DNA of 64,000 bases, taken from positions 20,327 through 84,326 of the forward strand of contig CAZWWE010000001.1 of assembly GCA_964637295.1 (NCBI GenBank), given 5' to 3'. The translations under genes were made by a program, and so were the position numbers. This document shows positions 26,730-36,123 of this stretch, piece by piece. The stretch's first letter is position 1; each line of letters opens with the position of its first letter. This DNA is from an uncultured Pseudomonadales bacterium (GTDB taxonomy: Bacteria > Patescibacteriota > Microgenomatia > UBA1400 > PJMF01). Below the pieces are notes generated by a model, which worked only from the letters and a program-made list of their open reading frames with translations, did not search any database and was not told where the DNA came from.

Positions 26730-27227
26730 TTAGATTGAAACTAATTCCAAAGCTTTTCTAACATTTTCGTTGTGTGCAAAAACATCACACTCTAAAGCTA
26801 GAATTTCTACCTTACTCATCCATAGCGCTCCAAAAATATCTTCCAGTTTGGCAGGATTTTTATTTATATCTATTACCTGTTCACCAGATAACTCACACTG
26901 ATACCCCATGCAAATAATCTGCACACTAGAACTTGGGTCTTCAAAGCTAGGAATCACAAAATCCCAATTACCAACTGGTCTGCCTATTTTAATTTGTAAA
27001 CCAACTTCTTCCATTACTTCACGCTTCAGGGCTTCTTCTAGTTTTTCACCCGGCTCAATTCCACCACCTGGCAAATCATAAATAATCGTTTCTTCACCAA
27101 AACGCTTTACTCGTTCTTTAACTACTAAAATTTTACCATCATGCACAATGAAAGCTTTTATTCCAGGACGAATAAATTTGACTGGCAGACTAGAATTTGG
27201 TGAAAAATTATTCTCCATCAACGCCAT
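26730..27227 (-). CDS. NUDIX hydrolase (start may be 27218)
   Basis: Nudix box PGGGIEPGEKLEEALKREVMEEVG. Confidence 0.92.
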   Translation of the reverse strand: MALMENNFSPNSSLPVKFIRPGIKAFIVHDGKILVVKERVKRFGEETIIYDLPGGGIEPGEKLEEALKREVMEEVGLQIKIGRPVGNWDFVIPSFEDPSSSVQIICMGYQCELSGEQVIDINKNPAKLEDIFGALWMSKVEILALECDVFAHNENVRKALELVSI

Positions 27228-28002
27228 AATCTTTCATCATTTGTTCTAGCTCTGCTTGAGAAGGCATCTTGCCACCCTCTACAGCACTGCCATCTGGCGC
27301 ATCAAACATCGGCATTTCTTTAATAGGTGATGGCTTAGAAATCTGCACTGTTTCATATTTGTATTCCATCACATTAGATCCACCCTCAAAACTGAATTCC
27401 ATTTTACGAGCCAAGTGTTCTTTGGTATCAATCCAAACATAACTTTTGCTGCCATCTTCGCCCATCGTATCAATGATTTCATACTTATCACAGGTCAAAT
27501 TACCACAAGCCTCACTGCCAATTTTGTTAATCTGCATATCTAGATTATCTTCATTATAAGTAGCTTGAATCTCTACTAAACTTTCTTTAGGATCACTAAA
27601 ATTACCATCAGCATCACCTACAGAATACCAAGCATTGTCCTTTAGATCTTTAAAATAAGTTACTCCGCCAAAAGAAATCATGCTGGATTCTAATTGGCCA
27701 TCTTTATAGCTATTAACTTCCATGTCACTACCCAGCATTTTCATTTCGCTAGTACTCGTACCATATTGACCCAAGTTGGCCACTGTCTTAATGATGACGC
27801 CTTTTTCCATGGCTTTGGCTTGAGCGACAAAATAAGCACAAACATCTTTATCATATTTACAATCAGCTAGCATTTCAGTTACAACAGCTTTTTCTGCGGC
27901 TTTTTCTACTACTGACGGCTGTTTTTTTTGACTCAAAAAATAATAAGCAGCTCCAGCCAAAATCAATGTTAATAATAAAATAAGGGGAAGTTTTTGCTTC
28001 AT
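27208..28002 (-). CDS. Hypothetical membrane-anchored extracellular protein
   Basis: N-terminal TM; G.E.CG..TC.KY and VWID..hl..K beta-rich motif. Confidence 0.7.
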   Translation of the reverse strand: MKQKLPLILLLTLILAGAAYYFLSQKKQPSVVEKAAEKAVVTEMLADCKYDKDVCAYFVAQAKAMEKGVIIKTVANLGQYGTSTSEMKMLGSDMEVNSYKDGQLESSMISFGGVTYFKDLKDNAWYSVGDADGNFSDPKESLVEIQATYNEDNLDMQINKIGSEACGNLTCDKYEIIDTMGEDGSKSYVWIDTKEHLARKMEFSFEGGSNVMEYKYETVQISKPSPIKEMPMFDAPDGSAVEGGKMPSQAELEQMMKDYGVDGE

Positions 28003-28109
28003 TTGAAACCTTTTTAGTTAATAGCTATCTAAGGCCTCATTCTAAGGAAGAAGAGTTGTTTTGTAAAGCACATTGACTCAAACTGAACCCAGAGGTTATA
28101 GTAAATCAT

Positions 28110-28532
28110 ATGCAATGGATTCTTTTCGCTAGCTTATCTGCTATTTTTGCCGCTTTAACTGCTATTCTCGCCAAAATTGGGATTAAAGACGTCAATTCAA
28201 ATTTAGCCACTGCCATTCGTACTACGGTAATTTTAGTTTTTAGCTGGGGTATTGTAGCGGCTCAAAAAAATCTTGGACAAATCGCCCATATCAGCAAGCA
28301 TTCGATGCTGTTTTTAGTTTTATCTGGCTTAGCTACCGGTCTTTCTTGGTTGTTTTACTTTCGTGCTCTGCAACTCGGCGAAGCCAGCAAAGTCGTTCCG
28401 ATCGACAAATTAAGTTTGGTGATCACGCTCATTTTTGCCGCCATTTTTCTTAAAGAACAATTTACTCTTTACACCGCTTTGGGAGCAATTTTAATGACCG
28501 CTGGCGCTTTAATAATTGCTTTTGCCAAATAA
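28110..28532 (+). CDS. EamA family transporter
   Basis: FAALTAILAKIG..VNSNLATAIRT, YFRALQLGEASKVVPIDKLS. Confidence 0.92.
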   Translation: MQWILFASLSAIFAALTAILAKIGIKDVNSNLATAIRTTVILVFSWGIVAAQKNLGQIAHISKHSMLFLVLSGLATGLSWLFYFRALQLGEASKVVPIDKLSLVITLIFAAIFLKEQFTLYTALGAILMTAGALIIAFAK

Positions 28533-28542
28533 TTTCCTCTTG

Positions 28543-28569
28543 TTAGCACTATTTGACAAAGACTGCTAA
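28543..28569 (+). promoter_or_regulatory. CIRCE-like HrcA operator 1, overlapping a TTGACA -35 box
   Basis: TTAGCACTA-N9-GACTGCTAA vs consensus TTAGCACTC-N9-GAGTGCTAA; TTGACA at 28553, 17-nt spacer, TTTAAT at 28576. Confidence 0.85.
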
Positions 28570-28586
28570 ATTTGCTTTAATACTAC

Positions 28587-28613
28587 TTAGCAATCGACTA
28601 TAGCGATTGCCAA
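28587..28613 (+). promoter_or_regulatory. CIRCE-like HrcA operator 2
   Basis: TTAGCAATC-N9-GATTGCCAA. Confidence 0.78.
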
Positions 28614-28646
28614 AAATTATTAATTAGTTTAAAAAAGGAGCAAATT

Positions 28647-29054
28647 ATGTCAATTGTTAGATATAGTCCACTATCAGCCATGTTAAGCCGTTGGCCAGAT
28701 ATTTGGGATGAGGACGTTTTTGATCAAAGCAATAGTCATCTCAATGTTTATGAAAGTAAAAACAAAGTCGTGGTCGAAGCCAATGTCGCTGGCGTCGCTG
28801 ATGAAGACGTCGACCTTACCTTTGAAAAAGGCGTGCTCTGGATCCAGGCTAAAAAACAAGAGGAAAAAACCGATGAAGAACGCAAATATTACAGCCGCTC
28901 ATCTTTTTCCTACTCATACAAGGTCGCTATTCCAGGAGACGTCGATTTGAGCAAGGAACCAGAAGCAGAAATTAAAAACGGCGTACTCAAAGTAGAATTC
29001 CAAAAATCTGCTCTCGCTCAACCCAAAAAACTAAAGATTAAAAGTGGTAAATAA
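28647..29054 (+). CDS. Hsp20/alpha-crystallin small heat shock protein
   Basis: LNVYE...VVEANVAGV..EDV, AEIKNGVLKV; AGGAG RBS; CIRCE upstream. Confidence 0.93.
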   Translation: MSIVRYSPLSAMLSRWPDIWDEDVFDQSNSHLNVYESKNKVVVEANVAGVADEDVDLTFEKGVLWIQAKKQEEKTDEERKYYSRSSFSYSYKVAIPGDVDLSKEPEAEIKNGVLKVEFQKSALAQPKKLKIKSGK

Positions 29055-29076
29055 ATTTCCTAACCGCTGATGAATC

Positions 29077-29103
29077 AAAACCCCGTCTTACGACGGGGTT
29101 TTT
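29077..29103. terminator. Bidirectional intrinsic terminator
   Basis: AAAACCCCGTC-TTAC-GACGGGGTTTTT between convergent genes. Confidence 0.9.
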
Positions 29104-29108
29104 GGTTT

Positions 29109-30230
29109 TTATTTATTTGCAATGATTTTTTCCCAACTAAATTCTGCTCTGCCAAAATGGCCATAAGCGGCAGTTTGAGCAAAAACTGGCTGGCGCAAAG
29201 CCAGCTGATTAATGATGTTTTGCACTGACATATCTAGTAAGCCCAAGGCATATTTTTTAATTTCCTGATCACTGACTTTGCCAGTTCCAAAAGTTTCTAT
29301 ATTAAGAGAAACTGGTTTGGCTTGACCGATGACATAAGCCACTTGCAATTCACAGCGCCTGGCTAAACCCTGAGCAACAATGTTTTTGGCCAAAAATCGA
29401 CAAGCATAAGCTGCGCTACGATCAACTTTGCTAGGATCTTTACCAGAAAAACAGCCACCGCCATGACGACCCATGCCACCATAAGTATCAATGATAATTT
29501 TGCGACCAGTAAGACCGGTGTCAGAAGCTGGTCCGCCAATTTCCCAAGCTCCAGTCCCATTGATAATTAACTTAATTTTATTTTGATCCAAGATTTGCTT
29601 TGGGAAATATTTTTTCACTGCAGGAACAATCACTTTGCTCCACAAATCTTGTTCTAACTGGTCTTTACTAATTTGCGGATCATAAGGTACGGCCATAATA
29701 ATCGTCGAGACTTGATCAGGTTTACCATCTAAATAATCAATCACTACCTGAGCCTTGCCATCCGGCCTCAAATAGGAAATCACTAAATTTTCGCGAGCCT
29801 GATCCAGATTAAACATTAATTGGTGAGCCAACATAATCGGCATTGGCATCAACTCGGGTGTTTCATCGCAAGCATAGCCAAACATCATGCCCTGATCACC
29901 AGCGCCGCCCCCATCTACGCCCATGGCAATATCCTGAGATTGCTGATGAATGTAAACTTCAATGTCTGCTTGGTCAGAAAAGCCCCAAGCAGGATTGGTG
30001 TAGCCGAGCTTTTTAATCGTTTGACGGGCGATTTTTTCATAGTCGATTTTGCCAGCACTAGTCACCTCACCAGCTAAAATCACTTTATTGGTGGTCACTA
30101 AAGTTTCCATTGCCACTCGACTATGAGGATCAATTTTCAAACAAGCATCAACGATGCCATCGGAAATTTGATCGCAAATTTTATCAGGATGACCTGCAGC
30201 CACTGATTCTGAAGTAAATTGTTCGAACAT
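29109..30230 (-). CDS. metK: S-adenosylmethionine synthetase
   Basis: FTSESV..GHPDKICDQISD, GAGDQG, GGGCFSGKDPSKVDRS. Confidence 0.98.
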   Translation of the reverse strand: MFEQFTSESVAAGHPDKICDQISDGIVDACLKIDPHSRVAMETLVTTNKVILAGEVTSAGKIDYEKIARQTIKKLGYTNPAWGFSDQADIEVYIHQQSQDIAMGVDGGGAGDQGMMFGYACDETPELMPMPIMLAHQLMFNLDQARENLVISYLRPDGKAQVVIDYLDGKPDQVSTIIMAVPYDPQISKDQLEQDLWSKVIVPAVKKYFPKQILDQNKIKLIINGTGAWEIGGPASDTGLTGRKIIIDTYGGMGRHGGGCFSGKDPSKVDRSAAYACRFLAKNIVAQGLARRCELQVAYVIGQAKPVSLNIETFGTGKVSDQEIKKYALGLLDMSVQNIINQLALRQPVFAQTAAYGHFGRAEFSWEKIIANK

Positions 30231-30281
30231 ATTTTACCCTTCCAAAAAAAGATTAACCTTCTATTAATGTGGGGAGAAAAT

Positions 30282-30307
30282 AAAAAAACACTCCGCCAAG
30301 AGTGTTT
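30282..30307 (-). terminator. Riboswitch-controlled terminator in the metK leader
   Basis: Minus strand AAACACTC-TTGGCG-GAGTGTTT followed by a U tract. Confidence 0.8.
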
Positions 30308-30497
30308 GATAGATCCCCCCTATGCGAATAAAAATTGATTGTTAATTCATCATATATTTATGGATTTTTGGAGACAGAGATTCACGATAGTAGCTTTGCC
30401 TACTTGAGTGAAGCTCTAACGTACAAAAAGACATAAATAGATGTGAAAGAACTGTTTATTCTTATTCGCAGAGAGGGGGATCTTGCTTTCTCAAACG

Positions 30498-30614
30498 AGC
30501 GAATCTCCCTCTTGCGAGCTAGATTTAGCACCGTATTTTTTCAAATATTTTGAAATAAAATCGGTTGCTGAATGGGTCAAAAGGCTAGTTCCCTCACCAT
30601 TTCTCTTGATTTAA
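30498..30614 (-). ncRNA. SAM riboswitch aptamer (SAM-I superfamily, SAM-I or SAM-I/IV variant)
   Basis: Minus strand ATCAAGAG...GGTGAGGGA.CTAGCC..TGA...CAGCAACC...CGGTGCTAAAT...GAGAT upstream of metK. Confidence 0.88.
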
Positions 30615-30652
30615 TTTGTTAATCAAAACAATTTTAACAAAAAACTGTTAAA

Positions 30653-31240
30653 ATGTCAGTCATGAAAAAAATTCTGGTAATTCTTGGTCATCCTTCAGAA
30701 AAAAGTTTCAATGGCACTATTTTCAAACACTATATTAAACAAGCGCGCTTAGCGGGTCATCAGGTGCGTAGTTTATCTCTTGGCAAATTAAGTTTTGATT
30801 TAATTTCTCGCCAAAACAAAACTAAGCCACAATTACTTGAACCAGATTTGCAAAAAGCACAAAAAGCAATTTTATGGGCTGAACACCTGGTATTTATTTA
30901 TCCCATTTGGTGGGGTAATCTGCCAGCTTTACTCAAAGGCTTTATAGATCGTGTTTTTATTTCTGGTTTCTCACATCGCTACTTGGGCAAGCGTCGCTAT
31001 GTTAAATTGTTGACTGGTAAAAGTGCAGAACTGATCGTTACTATGGATGCTCCTGCAATTTTTGAAAGTTTTCTCCTTTGTGGAGCAGCTACGCGTCGAG
31101 TGATGCAACAAGCAGTTTTAGAATTTTGTGGCATTAAGCCAGTTAAAATTACTCGTTTCGCCCAATTGCGCACCAAAAATGCTCAACAAAGAGTCGCAAT
31201 TCTAGATCAAATTAGCCAACAAATAAAGAAATTGCGCTAA
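30653..31240 (+). CDS. NAD(P)H-dependent oxidoreductase (flavodoxin-2 fold)
   Basis: ILGHP..KSFN, LEPDL, WAEHLVFIYPIWWGNLPALLKGFIDRV. Confidence 0.92.
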   Translation: MSVMKKILVILGHPSEKSFNGTIFKHYIKQARLAGHQVRSLSLGKLSFDLISRQNKTKPQLLEPDLQKAQKAILWAEHLVFIYPIWWGNLPALLKGFIDRVFISGFSHRYLGKRRYVKLLTGKSAELIVTMDAPAIFESFLLCGAATRRVMQQAVLEFCGIKPVKITRFAQLRTKNAQQRVAILDQISQQIKKLR

Positions 31241-31337
31241 AATTTGATTAACACTATCTAATTTATCAATTCAAGATATAATGTCTTTCAGTATTAATTG
31301 TCTTGGACGAAGAGTCCAGGAAAGAAGAGTCCATTTT

Positions 31338-31694
31338 ATGTCAGATCAAAATGACAACATGGAAAACAAGAAAAAAATCTTCGTGGGTAATTTGCCTTTC
31401 AGCATGACCCAAGATGCTTTGCAAAATTTGTTTTCCGAATTTGGCGAAATTACCCAAGTCAGTTTAATTACTGATAGAATGACCGGCCGTTCTAAGGGTT
31501 TCGCTTTTGTAGAATTTGCCGAAGAAGCTAGTGCACAAGCTGCCATTGATAAAATGTCAGGTACAGCAGTAGAAGAGAGAGAGTTGGTAGTTAATATCGC
31601 TCGACCTCGTGAACCAAGAAACGATCGTTTCCCTCGTAGAGACAATCGCGGTTTTGGTGGTGGAAGACCACAAAATAGAGATCGTAGATATTAA
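31338..31694 (+). CDS. RRM (RNP-1) RNA-binding protein
   Basis: IFVGNLPF, TGRSKGFAFVEF, Arg/Gly tail; ATG 31338 preferred. Confidence 0.93.
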   Translation: MSDQNDNMENKKKIFVGNLPFSMTQDALQNLFSEFGEITQVSLITDRMTGRSKGFAFVEFAEEASAQAAIDKMSGTAVEERELVVNIARPREPRNDRFPRRDNRGFGGGRPQNRDRRY

Positions 31695-31713
31695 TCTTTA
31701 GATCAAAATTTAG

Positions 31714-31741
31714 AAACGCCAGGTTATTACCTGGCGTTTTT
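31714..31741 (+). terminator. Intrinsic terminator
   Basis: AAACGCCAGGT-TATT-ACCTGGCGTTTTT. Confidence 0.9.
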
Positions 31742-31787
31742 GGATTTGCAGAACCATTTTTTCAAGAGAGATGGTAAAATAACCTTT

Positions 31788-32453
31788 ATGTCTTTTGCAA
31801 CAGAAAATTCTGGCACTAATAGACCTGCTTCACATCCAACAAACCCTGCTGGATTAAATCCAGATTGGCAGTTTAATACACCTCAACCATCGATGGGTGA
31901 GGCAGTTTTGGATGCTGTCAAAGATGTTGTGGGTCTGTATATTGATTCATTAACTAACTGTCACAATCGCGCATTTTTAAGAAAATTTTTAGAAACTCAA
32001 TTTGATCCAAAAAAAGATGACGGTAAACTAGCCATTGTCTTTATTGACTTTAATAAACTAAAAGAAATGAACGATCAATTTGGTCATGACTTCGGAAATA
32101 GAGCAATCATTGAATTAATTGAATTAATTAAAAAAATGGTCAAATCTCAAGATCTGATTGTTAGATATGGAGGAGACGAATTTATAGTGATCTGTCGAAC
32201 AGATGTTTTAGGTGAGAAAAATTTTCTTGAATCATTGAACGAGAGATTTAAAGCCATACAAAGACTAATCAGCCAACATAATCAACAAATCGGCAGAAAA
32301 GAGCCAGAACAACTTAATTTTGCTTTTGGCGCTGCATTATACGAACGCAGCACTGACAGCGAGGATTTGGAAGCGACAATTAAGCGCGCAGATGCTTTAA
32401 TGTATCAAAATAAAAAAGCAATGAAAAAAAGAAAAGAAAAGTGGAATTTTTGA
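31788..32453 (+). CDS. GGDEF-domain diguanylate cyclase
   Basis: DSLTNCHNR, FIDFNKLKEMNDQFGHDFGN, RYGGDEF, RADALMY..K. Confidence 0.92.
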   Translation: MSFATENSGTNRPASHPTNPAGLNPDWQFNTPQPSMGEAVLDAVKDVVGLYIDSLTNCHNRAFLRKFLETQFDPKKDDGKLAIVFIDFNKLKEMNDQFGHDFGNRAIIELIELIKKMVKSQDLIVRYGGDEFIVICRTDVLGEKNFLESLNERFKAIQRLISQHNQQIGRKEPEQLNFAFGAALYERSTDSEDLEATIKRADALMYQNKKAMKKRKEKWNF

Positions 32454-32532
32454 TTTGCTTAACAAATTATCTATTCGGATACGAAGTGTTTTCGAATAAA
32501 TTGAAAGCAATTCTTCTTTAACAATAAACTAT

Positions 32533-32615
32533 GGAGGTGTCGCATAGTGGTCAATTGCACACGCTTGGAAAGCGTGAGCCGCAAGGCTTCGCAGGTTCGA
32601 TTCCTGTCACCTCCG
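32533..32615 (+). tRNA. tRNA-Ser(GGA)
   Basis: Acceptor GGAGGTG/CACCTCC, G73, anticodon arm CACGC-TTGGAAA-GCGTG, variable arm AGCC-GCAA-GGCT, T-arm GCAGG-TTCGATT-CCTGT. Confidence 0.97.
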
Positions 32616-32715
32616 CAATAATTGAAAAGTTCTGATAGACCCGTCTAATATCGCTGAATGAGTTGATGGGGCTTGCTAAATTTCCTTGATTTAAACATTT
32701 TTTGGTTTAACAGCC
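32616..32715 (+). repeat. Repeat A copy 5
   Basis: 100-bp match to 6955-7054, directly after tRNA G73. Confidence 0.95.
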
Positions 32716-32828
32716 AAAAGGGTTTTGTTATAAAATAGTCTTCAGAAAAGTAAGCTCTTTAGTTAAAAGCGCAAAAATTTTGGCAACAACTTTGAATATA
32801 TGGATGTTATCACTTTAGGAGTAAAAAT

Positions 32829-34295
32829 ATGAATGATCAAGAAACAAGAAGCAACCTCTCTATGTTAGATTTTGAAACCCAAAAGGGACAAAATCATTTG
32901 GAAGAGGTTTCAGAATCAAAAAAAGAACGCCAATTTTCTTTACAATCGGACAAACTGGAAGAAATAAAAAGAGAACTTTTTAAAAACTTATCTGAGATGG
33001 ATCCAAGCCTATTGCTTGATGCAAATTCAAGACAACAAATTTTTAATGAATTTTCAAATAAAATTACTGAAATGTTTCCAGAGATCGCGCTATTTACATC
33101 TGAGGGGCAAAAAGCCTCTGAGTTCTCGCCCAAGCCAGTTGAAGTTGAGCACAAAAAAACCGTCGCATCGCTTTATTACTTGTTGCTTCTCACTTCTAGT
33201 GACACACCTATTCAAAACAAAGATGATGTTAGGTTTAAAATTTTAGTTCCAACTTTTTTCCAAGAAAAGCTCGGCCCACAAATACTTGAGGAGCAACGAA
33301 GAGTGGTGAATACCCTTTTAGGTGATAAAAATAAAATGTGTATGATGGCTTCGATGTTAGCTATACACGACATGGCAAAATTAGAAAGCGTTTTAAGTAT
33401 TATTGATTCAATTAGGACAGAAAACGGGCAGCAACATACTTCTGATCATGATGTAGCTTTGCAGTCACTACTCAATAATGAGCAAAAAACATCAGAAATT
33501 CTACCTACGATGGCTGCTTTACCAAAAGAAAAACAAGAGTTAATTAAGCTAATTTTGAAAGCTGGATCAGAAATAAACATTGGTCAAATTGGTCAAGCAT
33601 TAGAAGGCAATCCAAGTCAAATTGAGGCGATATCTAGAGTGGAACTTTCCCCAGAAGACATTGGTTTTTGGTTTATTGAAAATTTAGCTGATACAGCCAG
33701 TGCTGCTGGCACGGCAGATGGCTCAGCACTAGTCATGTCTCAAGAATCAGTGTGGAATGCTTGGAAATGGGCAGTTGATTCTTTAATAAAAGTTAAAAAA
33801 GAAGGTGTTGATTCAGTTGAAGCATATCTAAACTTACTCAGTCATGAGGCCAACGCTTTAGGCATTACTTTTGACAGAAAAGATAATGAGCAAGTAACTA
33901 GTTTGCGTATTTGTATGGCTTTACAAACCACTGATAAAAGCCTCTATCAAAAAATCCTTAGTTTTATTCAGGACCAACCAAATACAATAACTGACCTATT
34001 TGGAATGGAAGGTATGACTGGAGAACAAACATATCGTCTATACTATTCTCCTTCTATACTGCGTAAGGTTAGTCAAATTTTGAGTCCAGAAGCAGCGATG
34101 AACTTCTTAAATAAAATTACTAACATTTGTAAAGAGAAAATTGATGGTGGTAAAAATTTACAGAATGGTGAAATTACTTTTCAACTATCAAGCATTGATG
34201 CTGCAATCAATCCAAAAATGCCAGCTGATGAACTAACTGCACTTTTAGATAAGAGCTTGACGATTGACGATAATCTTTATGTTAAATTTCAGTAG
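32829..34295 (+). CDS. Hypothetical protein with HD-domain-like motifs
   Basis: AGGAG RBS; LAIHDMAK, DHD, NIGQIGQ..E, DTASAAG..GS. Confidence 0.7.
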   Translation: MNDQETRSNLSMLDFETQKGQNHLEEVSESKKERQFSLQSDKLEEIKRELFKNLSEMDPSLLLDANSRQQIFNEFSNKITEMFPEIALFTSEGQKASEFSPKPVEVEHKKTVASLYYLLLLTSSDTPIQNKDDVRFKILVPTFFQEKLGPQILEEQRRVVNTLLGDKNKMCMMASMLAIHDMAKLESVLSIIDSIRTENGQQHTSDHDVALQSLLNNEQKTSEILPTMAALPKEKQELIKLILKAGSEINIGQIGQALEGNPSQIEAISRVELSPEDIGFWFIENLADTASAAGTADGSALVMSQESVWNAWKWAVDSLIKVKKEGVDSVEAYLNLLSHEANALGITFDRKDNEQVTSLRICMALQTTDKSLYQKILSFIQDQPNTITDLFGMEGMTGEQTYRLYYSPSILRKVSQILSPEAAMNFLNKITNICKEKIDGGKNLQNGEITFQLSSIDAAINPKMPADELTALLDKSLTIDDNLYVKFQ

Positions 34296-34311
34296 AAAAT
34301 TGGTTTTAGAT

Positions 34312-34402
34312 CTTCGCAAGGTCTAAAAATGAGCTAAAATGGCTCTTAGACCTATAACTACTTGAGGTAAATGTGCCGTGGTTCAAATCCCATGCTCCGC
34401 CA
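34312..34402 (+). repeat. Repeat B copy 3 plus tRNA 3' fragment
   Basis: 61/63 identical to 8620-8682, then GTGGTTCAAATCCCATGCTCCGCCA. Confidence 0.93.
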
Positions 34403-34435
34403 AAGTCTTGCCATTAAAAATTTATCAATTGAAAA

Positions 34436-36046
34436 TCAATTGGTCAATTGTGCCGGATCGCTGGCGGCTCGAACTTCCAATTTGTATCCACCAAATTGGT
34501 TTACATCGACAACAACTGAAAAGTCATTCTGTCTTTTGATAAATTGTTGATAAATATCACCCAACACTAGCACTTCGGGTTCTTCGATAAAAAAATGCAA
34601 TTTTTCAATCGAATTTTTTTGTGTTAAGATTTCTGCACCAAACTTTCCCAACTGGCTACTCCCAAAATAACTTGGTTTATAGCCATATTTTTTGAAGCCA
34701 TGCCAATTATATAAATAGGCCCAAGTGATGTAATATTCATAAGGTGCAGTCCAAACAGAAATAGAAAAAGGTTGACCTTGAGCAAGTGCGTAAGTTTTCT
34801 CAATTAATTCTAATTCTCTGGCCAAAGTTACTCCAGTTTGATAAGTAAAAATATTAGTATTCTGCACTCTCATTAACTTAAGAGCTTTAATTTGCGTCCA
34901 TACGTACATGCTTAACAAGCAAATTAGTAATAAACGTCCAAAAAAGACTTTTTGACTAAAAAGAGTATGAAGCAAAAAAGCAAATAACAATAAAATTAAA
35001 TATTCCATACCCATTAACATGTGAGGACTATCGCGAAATTGAATTACAAATAACCACAAAGGCGCCAGCGCCCAACTTAAGAAAAAATATTTAACCGCTT
35101 GACTTGGCTGATGTTTCAAGCAAATCAATAAAGTTAATAGAAAAATAAAAAGCGCATATAAAGTCATTTGCGGAGCTAGAGTTTGAATAATTTTTTGTAA
35201 ATAAAAATCCAAAAAATCACTAAGCACTGTCAAATCTACTAGTTCTTTGCTTTGACCGATTGCCTTGAAAAAAGTTTCTAAACTGAAAATTCCAACTCTA
35301 AATAATTTATACTGCGTTAACAACATGGTGAAAATCGTTGCTAAAAAACTTAATAAAAAAGCAGCCATTTGTTTAAGATTAAATAGCTGATAAAAAGCTA
35401 GCTTTTTTTGATTAGTTAAATAAAACACAGCCACTAAAATCACTCCAATAAAATACAGGGCGTAAAAAGCACTTTGTTCAATCAAGCCCAGAGAAACGCC
35501 CAAGATCATGAATAAATATAAAGATTGGCTTTTTTGATATTGGTAAAATATTTTCCAAATCAGCAAAAAGAAAACCAGAAGCGGTAGTAGGCCCATCATC
35601 GGATTGGATAACCAAGTTGAATACTGGGCATGTTCGAAATTAAGCGCTAATAAAAAAGCGCCTAACAAAGCCATGGTCTTATTTTTAAAAATAGCATTGA
35701 TTAAAAAATAAAGCAGAAAAACTGCTGCAGAATTAATAAGCGCCATAATTATCGTTACTAGAAATGGATCACCAGCAAAAACAGTGTAAAAGAAACCAAT
35801 GAAATAATAATAAAAAACTCCATGATAAATAGTGTCATTGGTACCACTGGCCGAAGGGCCCTGAATTTTTAAGTCGCGCTCTAAATAAATTTGCTGAGCT
35901 AAATAAGCATCTCTGGCCTGATCATACCAGAAGTAAATATGTTGATCGGCGATTAACCAGTAACGAAAAGCGAAGGCGAGTAAAAAAATGACCAGCAAAA
36001 TTAGACGAGGATTTTTTAATTTTGAAGAAAATTTTGACTTGAACAT
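34436..36046 (-). CDS. GT-C (ArnT/PMT-like) membrane glycosyltransferase
   Basis: F.YDQARD, IQGP, multiple TM segments. Confidence 0.82.
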   Translation of the reverse strand: MFKSKFSSKLKNPRLILLVIFLLAFAFRYWLIADQHIYFWYDQARDAYLAQQIYLERDLKIQGPSASGTNDTIYHGVFYYYFIGFFYTVFAGDPFLVTIIMALINSAAVFLLYFLINAIFKNKTMALLGAFLLALNFEHAQYSTWLSNPMMGLLPLLVFFLLIWKIFYQYQKSQSLYLFMILGVSLGLIEQSAFYALYFIGVILVAVFYLTNQKKLAFYQLFNLKQMAAFLLSFLATIFTMLLTQYKLFRVGIFSLETFFKAIGQSKELVDLTVLSDFLDFYLQKIIQTLAPQMTLYALFIFLLTLLICLKHQPSQAVKYFFLSWALAPLWLFVIQFRDSPHMLMGMEYLILLLFAFLLHTLFSQKVFFGRLLLICLLSMYVWTQIKALKLMRVQNTNIFTYQTGVTLARELELIEKTYALAQGQPFSISVWTAPYEYYITWAYLYNWHGFKKYGYKPSYFGSSQLGKFGAEILTQKNSIEKLHFFIEEPEVLVLGDIYQQFIKRQNDFSVVVDVNQFGGYKLEVRAASDPAQLTN

Positions 36047-36123
36047 AGATCGATTTAATTAATGCTTAATCAGCTTAACTGAAAGAGCTTGCTTTAGCAA
36101 TTACATGCTATGATTAAAACATC

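Larger units (their letters stand above)
32616..34402 (+). mobile_element. Single-gene integrase-less cassette at the tRNA-Ser(GGA) 3' end
   Basis: Repeat A, one 488-aa ORF, repeat B, tRNA 3' fragment. Confidence 0.82.
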
